Shown here piece by piece: positions 1 to 10,245 of a stretch of DNA of 64,000 nucleotides. The position numbers were made by a program, and so were the translations under genes. Every line of letters begins with the position of its first letter. Within the stretch, counting starts at the first letter, position 1. Under the pieces are notes generated by a model. The model saw only the letters and a program-made list of their open reading frames with translations, ran no database searches and was not told the DNA's origin. This DNA comes from an uncultured Candidatus Saccharibacteria bacterium (GTDB lineage Bacteria > Patescibacteriota > WWE3 > UBA101185 > UBA10185): assembly GCA_964615625.1 (NCBI GenBank), contig CAZTQT010000004.1:2728-66727 (forward strand), given 5' to 3'.

Positions 1-988
1 GGAAAGCTATTTTTACGCTAAAGAAGCAAAAAAATATAATATACCAATAGTTTTATCTCCAATACATCATGATGTAAGAGAAGTGAAAAAATTTGATGAT
101 AAGTTTGTTTTTGATTTTAGGCGTATTTCTAGAATACTTTTTAGGGATCAGTTTAAAAGAGATGTATTTAAGAATGTTTATAAGTCTATATTTGATAGAA
201 GGATGTTAAAACCTACTTTGTATAGTGTTTTCTACGGTTTCAAAAAAATGCAAAAAGAGGTCTTAGAAATGTCAGAGTATGTTTTAGTGCAGACTGTTAA
301 AGAAGCAGAAGATTTAAAAAGAACATTTAACATTGATTTTAAATGGCAAAAAGTTTTAAACGGTGTTGGGGAAGCTTTTATAAAACCAAAACCTTATAAG
401 AACCCATTTGATTTTGAAGATTACATAATGTGTGTAGGAAGAATAGAGCCAAGAAAAAATCAACTTAGCATAGTAAAAGCAGTAAAAAGATTAAGAGAAG
501 AAGAGGGTTTAGATATAAAGCTGGTGTTGATCGGGAAAGCTAGTAGATTAAAACATTTTGAATACACTACGATATTAAATAAATTTGTAAAAGAAAATAA
601 TTGGATCCATCAAATAGAAGGAGGTATAAATTACAATGATTTACCTTCTTACTATCATTTTGCAAAAGTTTGTGTTTCCGCAAGTTGGTTTGAAACGACA
701 GGTTTAACGAGTTTAGAGGCTTTGTATTGTGGAACGAACACGGTCGCCTCTGGTTTAAGAGCAAAAGAATATCTTGGAAGTTATGCTTCTTTTTGTCAGC
801 CCGATGATGTTGAATCCATAAAAGAGGCAATAAAGCACGAGTATTACTCACCAAGGCCTGTATTAGACAGCAAAATACGAGAGGGATATACTTGGGAAAA
901 TGCTGCTAAAAAGACTTTAGAGGTATATCAGTCGGTTCTTGAAAAAGATGACAATAAAGGATTAAAAAAAGGAAAGAAAAATAAATGA
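1..988 (+). CDS. Glycosyltransferase family 1 (GT4-like), 5'-truncated at the window edge
   Basis: The reading frame is open from base 2 (ESYFYAKEAKKYNIP...) into ORF 83..988. The C-terminal part has GT-B motifs (MCVGRIEPRKNQ, ETTGLTSLEALYCG). Lys-rich C-terminal tail. Confidence 0.75.
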   Translation, partial: ESYFYAKEAKKYNIPIVLSPIHHDVREVKKFDDKFVFDFRRISRILFRDQFKRDVFKNVYKSIFDRRMLKPTLYSVFYGFKKMQKEVLEMSEYVLVQTVKEAEDLKRTFNIDFKWQKVLNGVGEAFIKPKPYKNPFDFEDYIMCVGRIEPRKNQLSIVKAVKRLREEEGLDIKLVLIGKASRLKHFEYTTILNKFVKENNWIHQIEGGINYNDLPSYYHFAKVCVSASWFETTGLTSLEALYCGTNTVASGLRAKEYLGSYASFCQPDDVESIKEAIKHEYYSPRPVLDSKIREGYTWENAAKKTLEVYQSVLEKDDNKGLKKGKKNK

Positions 989-3837
989 ATTCATTATATT
1001 TAATAGCGATAGCCTTAATATTTGTAGCTTCTTTCTTTTTGATTTTTAGGAATTTTAAGCTTTCTTTGTATGTGTTGTTGACGTTGTCGGTTTTATTACA
1101 TAAGGAACTTTTTAGTTTCTATAGATGGGATTTGATGCCTGTTAGATTATTCATGTTAGCATTGTTTTTTGTGGGAATTGTTAAAACCTACTTTTATGTT
1201 GTTAAACATGGTGGCATCAAATCCCTTCTTCCATACATAAAAGATCCCTTTATAGCTCTACTTTTGCTCATATGGCTAACCCGTGGATTATCAATTATTT
1301 TTTCAAAAAATTTACAAGCAAGTATATTTTTATTTGGGTTCTTCACCACAACAATTGTTTTGGGAATATATTTGTACTTAACTTTCAAAGACAGCCCAGC
1401 TGAATTATTTAAATACCTAAGATTTTTCATTTATTTAGTTTTTGCTCTAACTATATTTGGTTATTTTCAACTTTTTTATTTTTCAAAAACCACTCAGGTA
1501 ATTGGAGCAATGTGGCCTGTTCCAGGAAAAATTCCAAGGGTGGGGTCAACATTTTGGGATGTTAATCATTACGGGGCTTTAATAGCTGCTCTTATTCCTA
1601 TTCTTTTTTCATTTATATTATTTGGAAAAAATAAAAAACTGAGGATTTTGGATGTTTTAATTTTAATTTCATATTTAGCATCTCTTTTGCTGACAAATTC
1701 CAGAACGGCTTGGATGTTGGCAGGTTTCTCTTTTATGTTTTTTGTGACCATAATTCTTATAAGAAAATTTGGAGCCAAAGGAATTTTATATATATTGTTG
1801 GCAATAACATTAGTTTCAGCACCTTTTATTTATGAATACAACCAAAAGAAAAGTAGTTTTAGAAGAATGGTTAGGGATGCTTTTCATTACAGAATTGATT
1901 CTTTTGACTCTCATTTTATGTTGTTAGAAGGAACTTACCAGGTATTTGAGAAATACCCGTTCTTGGGTGGTGGTTACGGATCGTTTTTTGAACATTTTAG
2001 TAAAACAAAAATAGCCGCAGAATTTTTTACTAGAGATACCGCAGCTTTAACAAATAGAGTACCTGCTCATACGATATGGGGAGAATCTTTATCCGAGACA
2101 GGTATTTTTGGAACAGTTCCCTTTGTTATTTTTCTACTTCTTGCTTTGATAGTACCTTTGTATGTTTTTTTTAAAGGTGAAAACAAAGAACAGAGATTTC
2201 TAGGTGGGATGATATCTTCAATTCTTTTTGGATGGTATTTAGCGGGAGTTTTTTACTCTTACAACTCAGAGTTTTTTTGGATTTTAGTTTTTTCATATTT
2301 TATATGGGGAGTTGGGACTGTAGGTAAGGATTGGTTTAAAAAGGTTTTAGAACATTTTTTAACTGATAATAAGGTTATTTTTTATGGGATTTTAACAGTC
2401 GGAGCTTTATTAATATTTTCCGGATTAGGTAAAAACTATCTCATACCTTGGGATGAAGCAATATATGCAAAAGTAGCAAAGAACATGGTTGTAAATGATA
2501 ATTACATGGTTCCTCATTGGGATAGTTTATCTAAAGGTTGGTATGAAAAACCACCTCTTTATATGTGGATGATGTCTGTTCCTATGAGACTAATTGGTTT
2601 TAATTCTTGGTCGGCTCGTTTACCTAGTGCGTTGTTTGGTCTCCTTACCATTGTCTTAGTTTATCTTTTAGCTAAAAAATTATTTAATAAAACAACGGCT
2701 TTTATCTCCTCATTGGCTTTAATGACAACTGTACATTTCTTATATTATTCTCGTGCTTCAATGCTAGACGTTACGACTACCTTTTTTATAACCCTAGCTT
2801 TGGTACTGTATTGGAAGGCAAAAGAATCTGAAAAGTATCTTTACTGGGTTTTATCAGGATTATTTATAGGAGTTGCCGTTATGGTAAAAGGAGTTGTAGG
2901 CTTTTTACCTTTCTTGGTAGTAGCAGTTTATGAGATTGTTCTTTATATTTTCTTTAAACAAAGGTTTAGCAAAAAATTATTTTTGAGTTATTTTTTAACA
3001 TTTTTTTCAGCCTTGATTATTGCAGGCCCCTGGCATTTTGCCATGTACAAGATGTTTGGAAAAGAGTTTATAGACAAATATGTTCTTTACCATGTTTGGG
3101 ATAGAGCTACTACAGTTATAGAAGATAAAGGTAATCCTTTTTATTGGTATTTAATAGTTATGAAGGTGAGCATGAGGATTTGGTTTGTTGCTTTGTTAGG
3201 GGCTCTCCCATATTTTTTGTTTAAATCTTATAAAAAAGATAAAAAGCACGTGTTTTTATTGGTTTGGGCAGTTGTAATATTTTTGTTTTTCTCAATAGCT
3301 AAATCAAAGCTTGTATGGTACATAATTCCAATATACCCAGTTGTGAGCATAATGGTAGGAGCTTTTTCAGATAGAGTCTTAAATTTTGTTATGGAAAAGA
3401 GGAAAGAGTTAAATAACAGGATGTTTAAGATATTTGCTGTGTTTTCTGTTTTTGTGTTTTCTCTATTTTACTTATTTTGGAATAGAGAAATGGTTTACAC
3501 ATCGGATCTTAACGGTCCTCAGGCTAAATTACTTATCCTCAAAGACAAATTATTTGGTAGTGATCAGCTTGTTTACTTGGATAGAATAGAGATCCCAACG
3601 GCTCTTTTTTACACAGACGGTCCCTTTATTGTTATTGATGCAAATTTTAAAGATAAAAGTAGAATCCCCATGGTAGATGAGGATGAACCTTTGGTTGTTA
3701 TAAGTAAAAAAGGAAGGTACGAAACAACTGTACCTGGTTACACCAAAAATCCAAAAATAGTTAAAGAGTATGATCCATGGGTTTTGTGGTACATATCTCC
3801 TGAAACACGGGAACTTTTGATAAGCGCTGACGATTAG
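985..3837 (+). CDS. Polytopic membrane protein: N-terminal Wzy_C / O-antigen-ligase-like domain fused to a C-terminal PMT_2 (ArnT / protein-O-mannosyltransferase-like GT-C) domain
   Basis: 950 aa, about 20+ predicted TM helices. N half carries the Wzy_C signature region (LTNSRTAWMLAGFSFMFF). C half carries the GT-C/PMT signature (PWDEAIYAKVAKNM ... WYEKPPLYMWMM ... YSRASMLDVTTTFFITLAL). 4-bp overlap with the upstream GT. Confidence 0.7.
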   Translation: MNSLYLIAIALIFVASFFLIFRNFKLSLYVLLTLSVLLHKELFSFYRWDLMPVRLFMLALFFVGIVKTYFYVVKHGGIKSLLPYIKDPFIALLLLIWLTRGLSIIFSKNLQASIFLFGFFTTTIVLGIYLYLTFKDSPAELFKYLRFFIYLVFALTIFGYFQLFYFSKTTQVIGAMWPVPGKIPRVGSTFWDVNHYGALIAALIPILFSFILFGKNKKLRILDVLILISYLASLLLTNSRTAWMLAGFSFMFFVTIILIRKFGAKGILYILLAITLVSAPFIYEYNQKKSSFRRMVRDAFHYRIDSFDSHFMLLEGTYQVFEKYPFLGGGYGSFFEHFSKTKIAAEFFTRDTAALTNRVPAHTIWGESLSETGIFGTVPFVIFLLLALIVPLYVFFKGENKEQRFLGGMISSILFGWYLAGVFYSYNSEFFWILVFSYFIWGVGTVGKDWFKKVLEHFLTDNKVIFYGILTVGALLIFSGLGKNYLIPWDEAIYAKVAKNMVVNDNYMVPHWDSLSKGWYEKPPLYMWMMSVPMRLIGFNSWSARLPSALFGLLTIVLVYLLAKKLFNKTTAFISSLALMTTVHFLYYSRASMLDVTTTFFITLALVLYWKAKESEKYLYWVLSGLFIGVAVMVKGVVGFLPFLVVAVYEIVLYIFFKQRFSKKLFLSYFLTFFSALIIAGPWHFAMYKMFGKEFIDKYVLYHVWDRATTVIEDKGNPFYWYLIVMKVSMRIWFVALLGALPYFLFKSYKKDKKHVFLLVWAVVIFLFFSIAKSKLVWYIIPIYPVVSIMVGAFSDRVLNFVMEKRKELNNRMFKIFAVFSVFVFSLFYLFWNREMVYTSDLNGPQAKLLILKDKLFGSDQLVYLDRIEIPTALFYTDGPFIVIDANFKDKSRIPMVDEDEPLVVISKKGRYETTVPGYTKNPKIVKEYDPWVLWYISPETRELLISADD

Positions 3838-5069
3838 ATTGATTTAGATTTTTGAACTTTTCTTATTAAAAGAACACTTAAAACAAGTGAGAATATTGAA
3901 GACAAAAGATTAGATAAAGATAATCCTTTTAGATTAAGGTTTGGTATAAACAACCACGAAAGCGCTAAAAACAAAACAAGTCTTCCAACATTTATGTACA
4001 TTATATAATTTGTCTTATTTTCTATAAAAAAGTAATTTTCCATGAACATTTGAATAGAAGTAAAAGCGCTGGCAAAAACAAGAAAACTAAGGAGAGGTAG
4101 TGATTCTGAAAACTTGTCTCCAAAAAATTCCGAAACAAAGAACTTTGAAGCAAAGGTGCCAAAAAACGCCATGAGTATTACTAATAGGGAAATAATAAAA
4201 ACTTCTTTAAAGTTGTATTTCTCATTTCTCTTTTTGGCATAGGCGTTTTTTGGCAACAGAACCGTAAATATAGATACGGAGGCCAGATAAAGTATATTAG
4301 ATATTTTTTCAGCTAAAGAATATATCCCAACATTAGAGAAACTACCTGTGATTTTAGCTATTGAATTTGATAGAGATGGCCAACCTTCGTGTATTAATTG
4401 GGAGATTCCAGCAGGAGAAGATTTGGTTAAATATTCCTTTGTTTTTGAAAAATCTAGTTTGAATTTTTTAATTTCATCCAATAAGGAAATAGATAACAAT
4501 GAGCTTGAAAATATTGAGAGTGAAAATATGCCAAAGGAAACATCAAGATTTATTTCCATTTTTCCTGTAAGTATTAAGATTGCGGAAACCCCCTTGATAA
4601 TTGCTGGAAGGGTATTTAGGGAAACTAAATGAAAAAACTTTTCTTTTTTCTGAAAGAAGGCGTTTAGAGTGTAATTTATGCAGTAAGCTATAAGTCCCAG
4701 TACAAAATATAACGATAAAGTTAAACTTCCTAAATTTAGAATTTTTAATACAACAATTGATACAGGTATAGAAAATAAAAGAAGAATTATTTTTAAAGTA
4801 TAGAAAATATTTGTCAGTTTTTTATCTTCTGTAGCAATTGAATCTGCTACATACACTGAATTTGTCCCAAAATCTGTAAGTTTAGAAATTGCCACTAAAA
4901 GAGTGCTTAAAAGGGCATATTTTCCAAAAGAGCCTGTATCTAGTATTTTTGCCACAGAAGATATAAATAAAAACCCTAAAAGGGCGTTTATTATATTTCC
5001 TGCACCAACAAGAATTATCTTTACAAAAGACCTTTTCACTAAAATATATCTTACCAAAATTGAAGCCAA
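3834..5069 (-). CDS. Wzx-type polysaccharide flippase (MOP superfamily, polysaccharide biosynthesis protein)
   Basis: 411 aa with about 12 TM helices. N-terminus MASILVRYILVKRSFVKIILVGAGNIINALLGFLFISSVAKIL is typical of Wzx/RfbX. Confidence 0.7.
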   Translation of the reverse strand: MASILVRYILVKRSFVKIILVGAGNIINALLGFLFISSVAKILDTGSFGKYALLSTLLVAISKLTDFGTNSVYVADSIATEDKKLTNIFYTLKIILLLFSIPVSIVVLKILNLGSLTLSLYFVLGLIAYCINYTLNAFFQKKEKFFHLVSLNTLPAIIKGVSAILILTGKMEINLDVSFGIFSLSIFSSSLLSISLLDEIKKFKLDFSKTKEYLTKSSPAGISQLIHEGWPSLSNSIAKITGSFSNVGIYSLAEKISNILYLASVSIFTVLLPKNAYAKKRNEKYNFKEVFIISLLVILMAFFGTFASKFFVSEFFGDKFSESLPLLSFLVFASAFTSIQMFMENYFFIENKTNYIMYINVGRLVLFLALSWLFIPNLNLKGLSLSNLLSSIFSLVLSVLLIRKVQKSKSI

Positions 5070-5134
5070 ATTATGCTGTTGGTATAATTATAGGACTTAC
5101 ATTAGTTGTCTTAAACCAAGTAAGTATAAGAAAT

Positions 5135-6139
5135 ATGCCACAAAAAAAGTTATCTTTCATAATAGTTAATTACACAACAAGGGGTTTAATAGAGAAAAAT
5201 ATAACCAATCTTCTTAGTTCTTGGGATAATTGTGAAATAATATTTGTTGATAATGACTCTCCCGATGGTTCCGCGGATTTTGTTGAAGAAAGGTTCGGAA
5301 ATGAGTCTAAGGTTAGATTGATAAGAAGTCAGAACAGAGGTTTAGCTAGTGGTTATAACCAAGGTTTAAAAATATGTACAGGAGATTATATTGTATATCT
5401 TGGAACAGATGCTTTTCCTACCCGCGATGTTCTAGATTCAATGGTTTCATACATGGATGAGAACACAGACGTTGGGATTGCTACACCAAAACTTTATTTA
5501 CGAGACGGTTCTATTGATCTGGACGCTCATAGAGGTTTTCCTACACCTTGGGTTTCTTTAACCCATTTTTCGTACTTAGATAGATTGTTTCCGAAATCAA
5601 AGCTGTTTAACGGTTACTCAAGAAAATATGAAGACTTTAACTCTATTCACCAGATAGACGCGTGCATATCCCATTTCATGTTTGTACGACCAGAAGTTCA
5701 TAAAAAAATTGGGACATGGGATGAGGATTATTTTTTATATGGTGAGGATATAGATTTTTGTTATAGAGCTAAAGAAGCGGGATATAAAGTAATGTATCTT
5801 GGGAATCTAAAAGTTCTCCATTACAAAGGAGCATCAGTTGGTCGAGATACAGCTAGTGATATAGAAAATGCTATGAATACCGATTTTGATCAAATATCTT
5901 TTAAAGGACATGTTTATAAAAAAGACGCTGAAAAGTCTAAAAATGGAAAAAGTGGTTTTAGTACTAAAACATGGATGAAAATAAAAATATCTAAGGAATC
6001 AACCAAAGCTATGAAAACTTTTTACAATAAACATTTTGCAAAGAAATACCCATTTTTCGTAAATTGGTTTGTATTATTTGGTATAAATGTAAATGAGTTT
6101 ATAAGGACGCTAAAAGTTTTTATGGAAAGTTTTAGATAA
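5135..6139 (+). CDS. Glycosyltransferase family 2 (GT-A)
   Basis: SFIIVNYTTRG ... FVDNDSPDGS ... DED (DxD-like) motifs. The ORF track starts at a TTG at 5060 and overlaps the flippase. The first ATG (MPQKKLSFIIVNY) at 5135 is preferred. Confidence 0.75.
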   Translation: MPQKKLSFIIVNYTTRGLIEKNITNLLSSWDNCEIIFVDNDSPDGSADFVEERFGNESKVRLIRSQNRGLASGYNQGLKICTGDYIVYLGTDAFPTRDVLDSMVSYMDENTDVGIATPKLYLRDGSIDLDAHRGFPTPWVSLTHFSYLDRLFPKSKLFNGYSRKYEDFNSIHQIDACISHFMFVRPEVHKKIGTWDEDYFLYGEDIDFCYRAKEAGYKVMYLGNLKVLHYKGASVGRDTASDIENAMNTDFDQISFKGHVYKKDAEKSKNGKSGFSTKTWMKIKISKESTKAMKTFYNKHFAKKYPFFVNWFVLFGINVNEFIRTLKVFMESFR

Positions 6140-6141
6140 TT

Positions 6142-7305
6142 ATGGATAAAAGTAAAAAAATAGGAATAGATGGAAGATTCTACGGTAAGGCTGGTCCAGG
6201 AAGATATACAAAAAATATAATAAAACATTTGGAACAGGTCGATACCGTCAACAAGTATGTAGTTTTTTTGAAAAAAGATAATTTTGATGATTATGTGCCT
6301 TCAAACCCCAACTTTAGTAAAGTTCTTGCAGATTATCCTTGGTACTCGTGGGCTGAACAGACCTCCTTTCTTTTTAAAGTAATGGAGCAGAAATTAGATC
6401 TCTATTATGTTCCTCATTTTAATATTCCAGTTTTGTATCCAGGAAAAATAGTAACCGCCATTCCCGATATGATTATGCACACATTTAGTACTGAAAAAGG
6501 GACAACTCTTTGGAAACCTTATTTTAGATTTAAAAAACTTGTCTACAGAATAGTGTTTAAATGGTCAGTTATAAGATCTTACAGGGTTATAGTGCCTACA
6601 GAAGAAGTGTTTAGAGATTTTAAGTCAGTTTACCCAGACATATCTGATGATAAGTTTGTTGTAGCTACAGAGGGGGTCGATCCCGATCTAATGTCGGCAG
6701 ATCCGGGGGATACAAAAAAAGTTTTAGAAAAATATGGAATAAAAAAGCCCTTCCTTTTGTATCTTAGCAGTATGTACGAGCATAAAAATGTCCCACGTTT
6801 GTTAGAAGCTTTTAAAGAATTAATTGAAAAATATAAATTCAATGGTCAGTTAGTTTTAGTTGGTAAAAAAGATAAATTTTCTGAAAGAATACAGAGTTTG
6901 GTCGGTGAGATAGGTTTGGAGGGAAGAGTTTTGATGCCAGGTATGAGCTCTTTTGTATCAGATGCTGAAACAGTCGCTTTAAGAAAAGAAGCTGAGGTTT
7001 ACGTTTTCACTGCATTGAAAGAGGGTTTTAGTTTAACTCCTTTAGAAGCTCAGTATTTTGGTTTGGCTTGTGTTATATCGGATATTTCATGTCATAGGGA
7101 AGTATACGGGGATTCTGTTTTATATTTTGATCCTTTTAACGTTCAGGACATGTCTAAAAAGATTAACGATGTCTTATCTAATAAGGAGTTAAAAGAGGAT
7201 TTAATAAAGAGAGGATATGAAAGGGTGAAAATATATAACTGGCTACACACTGCTGAAAAAACTTTAGAGGTTTTTAACGCAGCTCTTGATAATGTTCGTG
7301 ATTAG
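6142..7305 (+). CDS. Glycosyltransferase family 1 (GT4)
   Basis: GT-B C-terminal motif EGFSLTPLEAQYFGLACVISDIS, with a Rossmann-like N domain. Confidence 0.8.
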   Translation: MDKSKKIGIDGRFYGKAGPGRYTKNIIKHLEQVDTVNKYVVFLKKDNFDDYVPSNPNFSKVLADYPWYSWAEQTSFLFKVMEQKLDLYYVPHFNIPVLYPGKIVTAIPDMIMHTFSTEKGTTLWKPYFRFKKLVYRIVFKWSVIRSYRVIVPTEEVFRDFKSVYPDISDDKFVVATEGVDPDLMSADPGDTKKVLEKYGIKKPFLLYLSSMYEHKNVPRLLEAFKELIEKYKFNGQLVLVGKKDKFSERIQSLVGEIGLEGRVLMPGMSSFVSDAETVALRKEAEVYVFTALKEGFSLTPLEAQYFGLACVISDISCHREVYGDSVLYFDPFNVQDMSKKINDVLSNKELKEDLIKRGYERVKIYNWLHTAEKTLEVFNAALDNVRD

Positions 7306-8440
7306 ACTTATTTCCTTTGAAGGTTGTTGTTTTTAATATTTCCAGAGTTTCTCTGGCTGTGTTTTCCCAAGAAAAAAGATTGGCCCTGTTTAGTAGCTCT
7401 TGTTTGTTGTATTCAGAATATGCAAGTTTATGTATTCCATCTTTAATATTTTCAATGTTGTGAGGATTTGCATAAAAGGGTAGATAATCCCCGACTTCTC
7501 TGTGGGCAGGTATATTTGATACAACACTTGGTGTACCGCAAGCCATTGATTCTAAAAGTGGTAGCCCAAAACCTTCTTCAAAGGACACATTTACATATCC
7601 TTTTGATCCTGAGAAAAGTGCTGGTAAATCTTCTGAAGGGACTCTTCCTATGAATTTAACATTTTCCTGTACACCGAACTTTTGTGGTGCTGCTAAAGAT
7701 TCTTCATAATCCCAACCGTTTTTTCCCGCAATAACAAGTTTTAAATTTTTCATATCTTGGTTTTCATATATGAACTGACTAAAAGCTCTAACTAGATTTG
7801 GAATATTTTTTCTTGGTTGGATTGTTGATACAAAAAATATGTAGGGATCTTTACCTAACTCGTATTTTTCTCTTATTTCTAAAATTTCTTCTTCCTCTCT
7901 TGGATAAAAATCTTTAGAAACTCCTTCATAAACGACGTCTATTTTTTCTCTTCCAACTCCCCAATTTCTTTTTATAATTTCATCTCTTGTTGCATTGCTG
8001 GGAACAATTATTCTGTCAGATTTTTTAATAGCGTATTTAATGGGTCTTTCTATGAAAAGTCTTTTTAAAATATTTTTGTAACCTTTTGTATATTTTTGCT
8101 CTAACCCGTGAATCATAACCACATATTTGGTTTTAGGGTTCCTTCTAAAAGGTATGGTGTGTATGGCCGTGAAAAAAACATCCACGTGATTTTCCAATAA
8201 TTCCCTAGCAAGCCCTTTTTGAGTCCACATTCTTTTATGATCTATAAATTTAAATTTAAAATTTTTATTTTCCCCTGATATCTTTTTTATAAGATCTTGA
8301 GTAGGTTCTTTGCTTAAATAAACTGTATACTCATTTTCATTATCAATTTTTGCCAGGGCTTTAAATAGATTTATAGTGTAAAGTTCTGGTCCAGCTGGGT
8401 TTTCATCTTGTATAACTTGTCCGTTAAGTCCTATTTTCAT
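7274..8440 (-). CDS. Glycosyltransferase family 1 (GT4)
   Basis: EEGFGLPLLESMACGTPSVVSNIPAHREV motif. It is convergent with the previous GT and overlaps it. Confidence 0.8.
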   Translation of the reverse strand: MKIGLNGQVIQDENPAGPELYTINLFKALAKIDNENEYTVYLSKEPTQDLIKKISGENKNFKFKFIDHKRMWTQKGLARELLENHVDVFFTAIHTIPFRRNPKTKYVVMIHGLEQKYTKGYKNILKRLFIERPIKYAIKKSDRIIVPSNATRDEIIKRNWGVGREKIDVVYEGVSKDFYPREEEEILEIREKYELGKDPYIFFVSTIQPRKNIPNLVRAFSQFIYENQDMKNLKLVIAGKNGWDYEESLAAPQKFGVQENVKFIGRVPSEDLPALFSGSKGYVNVSFEEGFGLPLLESMACGTPSVVSNIPAHREVGDYLPFYANPHNIENIKDGIHKLAYSEYNKQELLNRANLFSWENTARETLEILKTTTFKGNKSNHEHYQELR

Positions 8441-8472
8441 ATCTATTTAATTATATAGGTATAATATACATA

Positions 8473-9579
8473 ATGAAATTAGCCATTGTTTGTGATGATT
8501 TAATACAAAAAGGTGGTGCAGAAAAAGTTGTGGAAAAATTGTCAGACATCTTTCCTGATGCACCTATTTACACTAGTGTTATCTCAAAGGAGTGGTCAGA
8601 TAAATTTGAAAAAAAAGGTAGAAAAGTAGTAAGTTCATTTTTACAAAAATTTCCATTTTCAGTTAAATTAAATAGATATTACGCACCACTGTTTTTACAT
8701 GTTTTGGCTTTAGAGAGTTTTGATTTCACCGAGTTTGACGTCGTCATATCTAGTTCATCAAGATTTGCTCATTTTATTATTACTAAGCCTGGTACAAGAC
8801 ATATTTGCTACATGCACTCTCCAGGAAGAATGTTTTGGGAACCTTTTGATTATTTTGAAAATGAAAATTACGGAATTTTAAGACCCATAAAATTTTTATC
8901 CAAACCTTTTTTAAGGTTTTCCTTATTTTACTACCGAATGATAGATCTCAATGCTTCAAAAAGAGTAGATATTTTTATTGCTAATTCAAAAGATACTCAA
9001 AAGAAGATTCAAAAATATTATCGCAGGGACTCTGAAATTATCTATCCTTTTATAAAATTTAATAGTTTTAAAGACGTTAAATATTCTGATGAAGATAAAT
9101 ATTTAGTCGTTACCCGTTTATCTTCTTGGAAAAAAGTAGATATTGCAATAAAAGCTTGCGAGAATTTAGGGCTAAAATTAAATGTTATTGGCAGTGGCCC
9201 AGATATTGAAAGGCTTAAATCTCTGGTTGGAAACAACACACGTATATTAGGTCATGTTGAAGATGACGTTAAACTTAAAGAAATGGGTAGTTGTAAGGCA
9301 GTTATAATTACCCAAAAAGAAGATTTTGGGATAGTTCCTTTGGAAGTAATGTCTTGCGGAAAACCTGTAATAGCCTTTGGAAAAGGTGGTGTTAGAGAAA
9401 CAGTAATTGAAGGCATAACAGGAGAGTTTTTTTTAGAACAATCTTCAGAATCTTTGGAAAAAGTATTAAAGAATTTCAATTATAAAAAATATTCTAGGGA
9501 AAACTGTATAAATAGGGCTAAAGAGTTTGATGAAAAGGTCTTTGAGGATAAAATAAAAAATATAGTGGATAATGTATAA
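8473..9579 (+). CDS. Glycosyltransferase family 1 (GT4)
   Basis: EDFGIVPLEVMSCGKPVIAFGKGGVRETV motif. Confidence 0.8.
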   Translation: MKLAIVCDDLIQKGGAEKVVEKLSDIFPDAPIYTSVISKEWSDKFEKKGRKVVSSFLQKFPFSVKLNRYYAPLFLHVLALESFDFTEFDVVISSSSRFAHFIITKPGTRHICYMHSPGRMFWEPFDYFENENYGILRPIKFLSKPFLRFSLFYYRMIDLNASKRVDIFIANSKDTQKKIQKYYRRDSEIIYPFIKFNSFKDVKYSDEDKYLVVTRLSSWKKVDIAIKACENLGLKLNVIGSGPDIERLKSLVGNNTRILGHVEDDVKLKEMGSCKAVIITQKEDFGIVPLEVMSCGKPVIAFGKGGVRETVIEGITGEFFLEQSSESLEKVLKNFNYKKYSRENCINRAKEFDEKVFEDKIKNIVDNV

Positions 9580-9603
9580 TAACTTTTAGCCTATCTTTAG
9601 AAT

Positions 9604-10245
9604 ATGTTCTATAGAAGATACATAAAAAGGATTATAGATATAATTGGAGCTTTAGTTGGAATATTAATTTTTACGCCTGTTATGGCGGCAGTTTCCGTTT
9701 TTATAAAAGTTGTTTCACCAAGTGGTCCTATTTTGGCAGATATACCTGATAGAGTTGGTAAAGACAGGAAACCTTTTAGGTTTTATAAATTTAGATCCAT
9801 GTATCCAAATGCTCATGAGCTTTTGAAAAAAGATAAGGATTTATACAAAAAATATGTTGAAAATAATTATAAACTCAGCACAGATGAAGATCCGAGATTA
9901 ATTAGAGGTGGGGGGTTTTTGAGAAAGTCTAGCATAGATGAGTTTCCACAATTCTTTAATGTCTTAAAAGGAGAGATGAGTTTAGTTGGCCCACGTGCTT
10001 ATTATTTTGATGAAGTGGAAGATCAGTTAAAAAGATTTCCTGAGGGTAAAAATTATATAGATAAGGCTATGAGCGTAAAGCCGGGAATAACAGGGCTTTG
10101 GCAAGTGAGTGGTAGATCAGATATAGGTTTTTTGGATAGATTAAAATTAGATGCAGAGTATGCTGATAATGTATCGTTGGTGTATGATTTAAAGATAATT
10201 TTAAAAACTCCGTATGTAGTTTTATTAGGAAAAGGAGCTATTTAA
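9604..10245 (+). CDS. PglC/WcaJ-like small phosphoglycosyltransferase (bacterial sugar transferase domain), the priming enzyme
   Basis: 213 aa with a single N-terminal TM, then KFRSMYPNAHE ... DEFPQFFNVLKGEMSLVGPRA. This is the catalytic signature of monotopic polyprenyl-phosphate sugar-1-phosphate transferases. Confidence 0.8.
   Translation: MFYRRYIKRIIDIIGALVGILIFTPVMAAVSVFIKVVSPSGPILADIPDRVGKDRKPFRFYKFRSMYPNAHELLKKDKDLYKKYVENNYKLSTDEDPRLIRGGGFLRKSSIDEFPQFFNVLKGEMSLVGPRAYYFDEVEDQLKRFPEGKNYIDKAMSVKPGITGLWQVSGRSDIGFLDRLKLDAEYADNVSLVYDLKIILKTPYVVLLGKGAI

Noticed and set aside
567-854. Numerous short antisense or embedded ORFs in the six-frame track (for example 567..854, 1194..1430, 4348..4632, 10863..11054, 21282..21581, 33166..33438, 39348..39599, 44966..45247, 53741..54135)
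   Set aside because: Each lies wholly inside a well-supported longer gene on the other strand or frame. They are low-complexity and are treated as spurious.
5060-5134. A TTG-initiated N-terminal extension of the GT2 gene overlapping the flippase gene
   Set aside because: The extension is hydrophobic junk overlapping the convergent gene. The first ATG at 5135 gives a canonical GT2 N-terminus.
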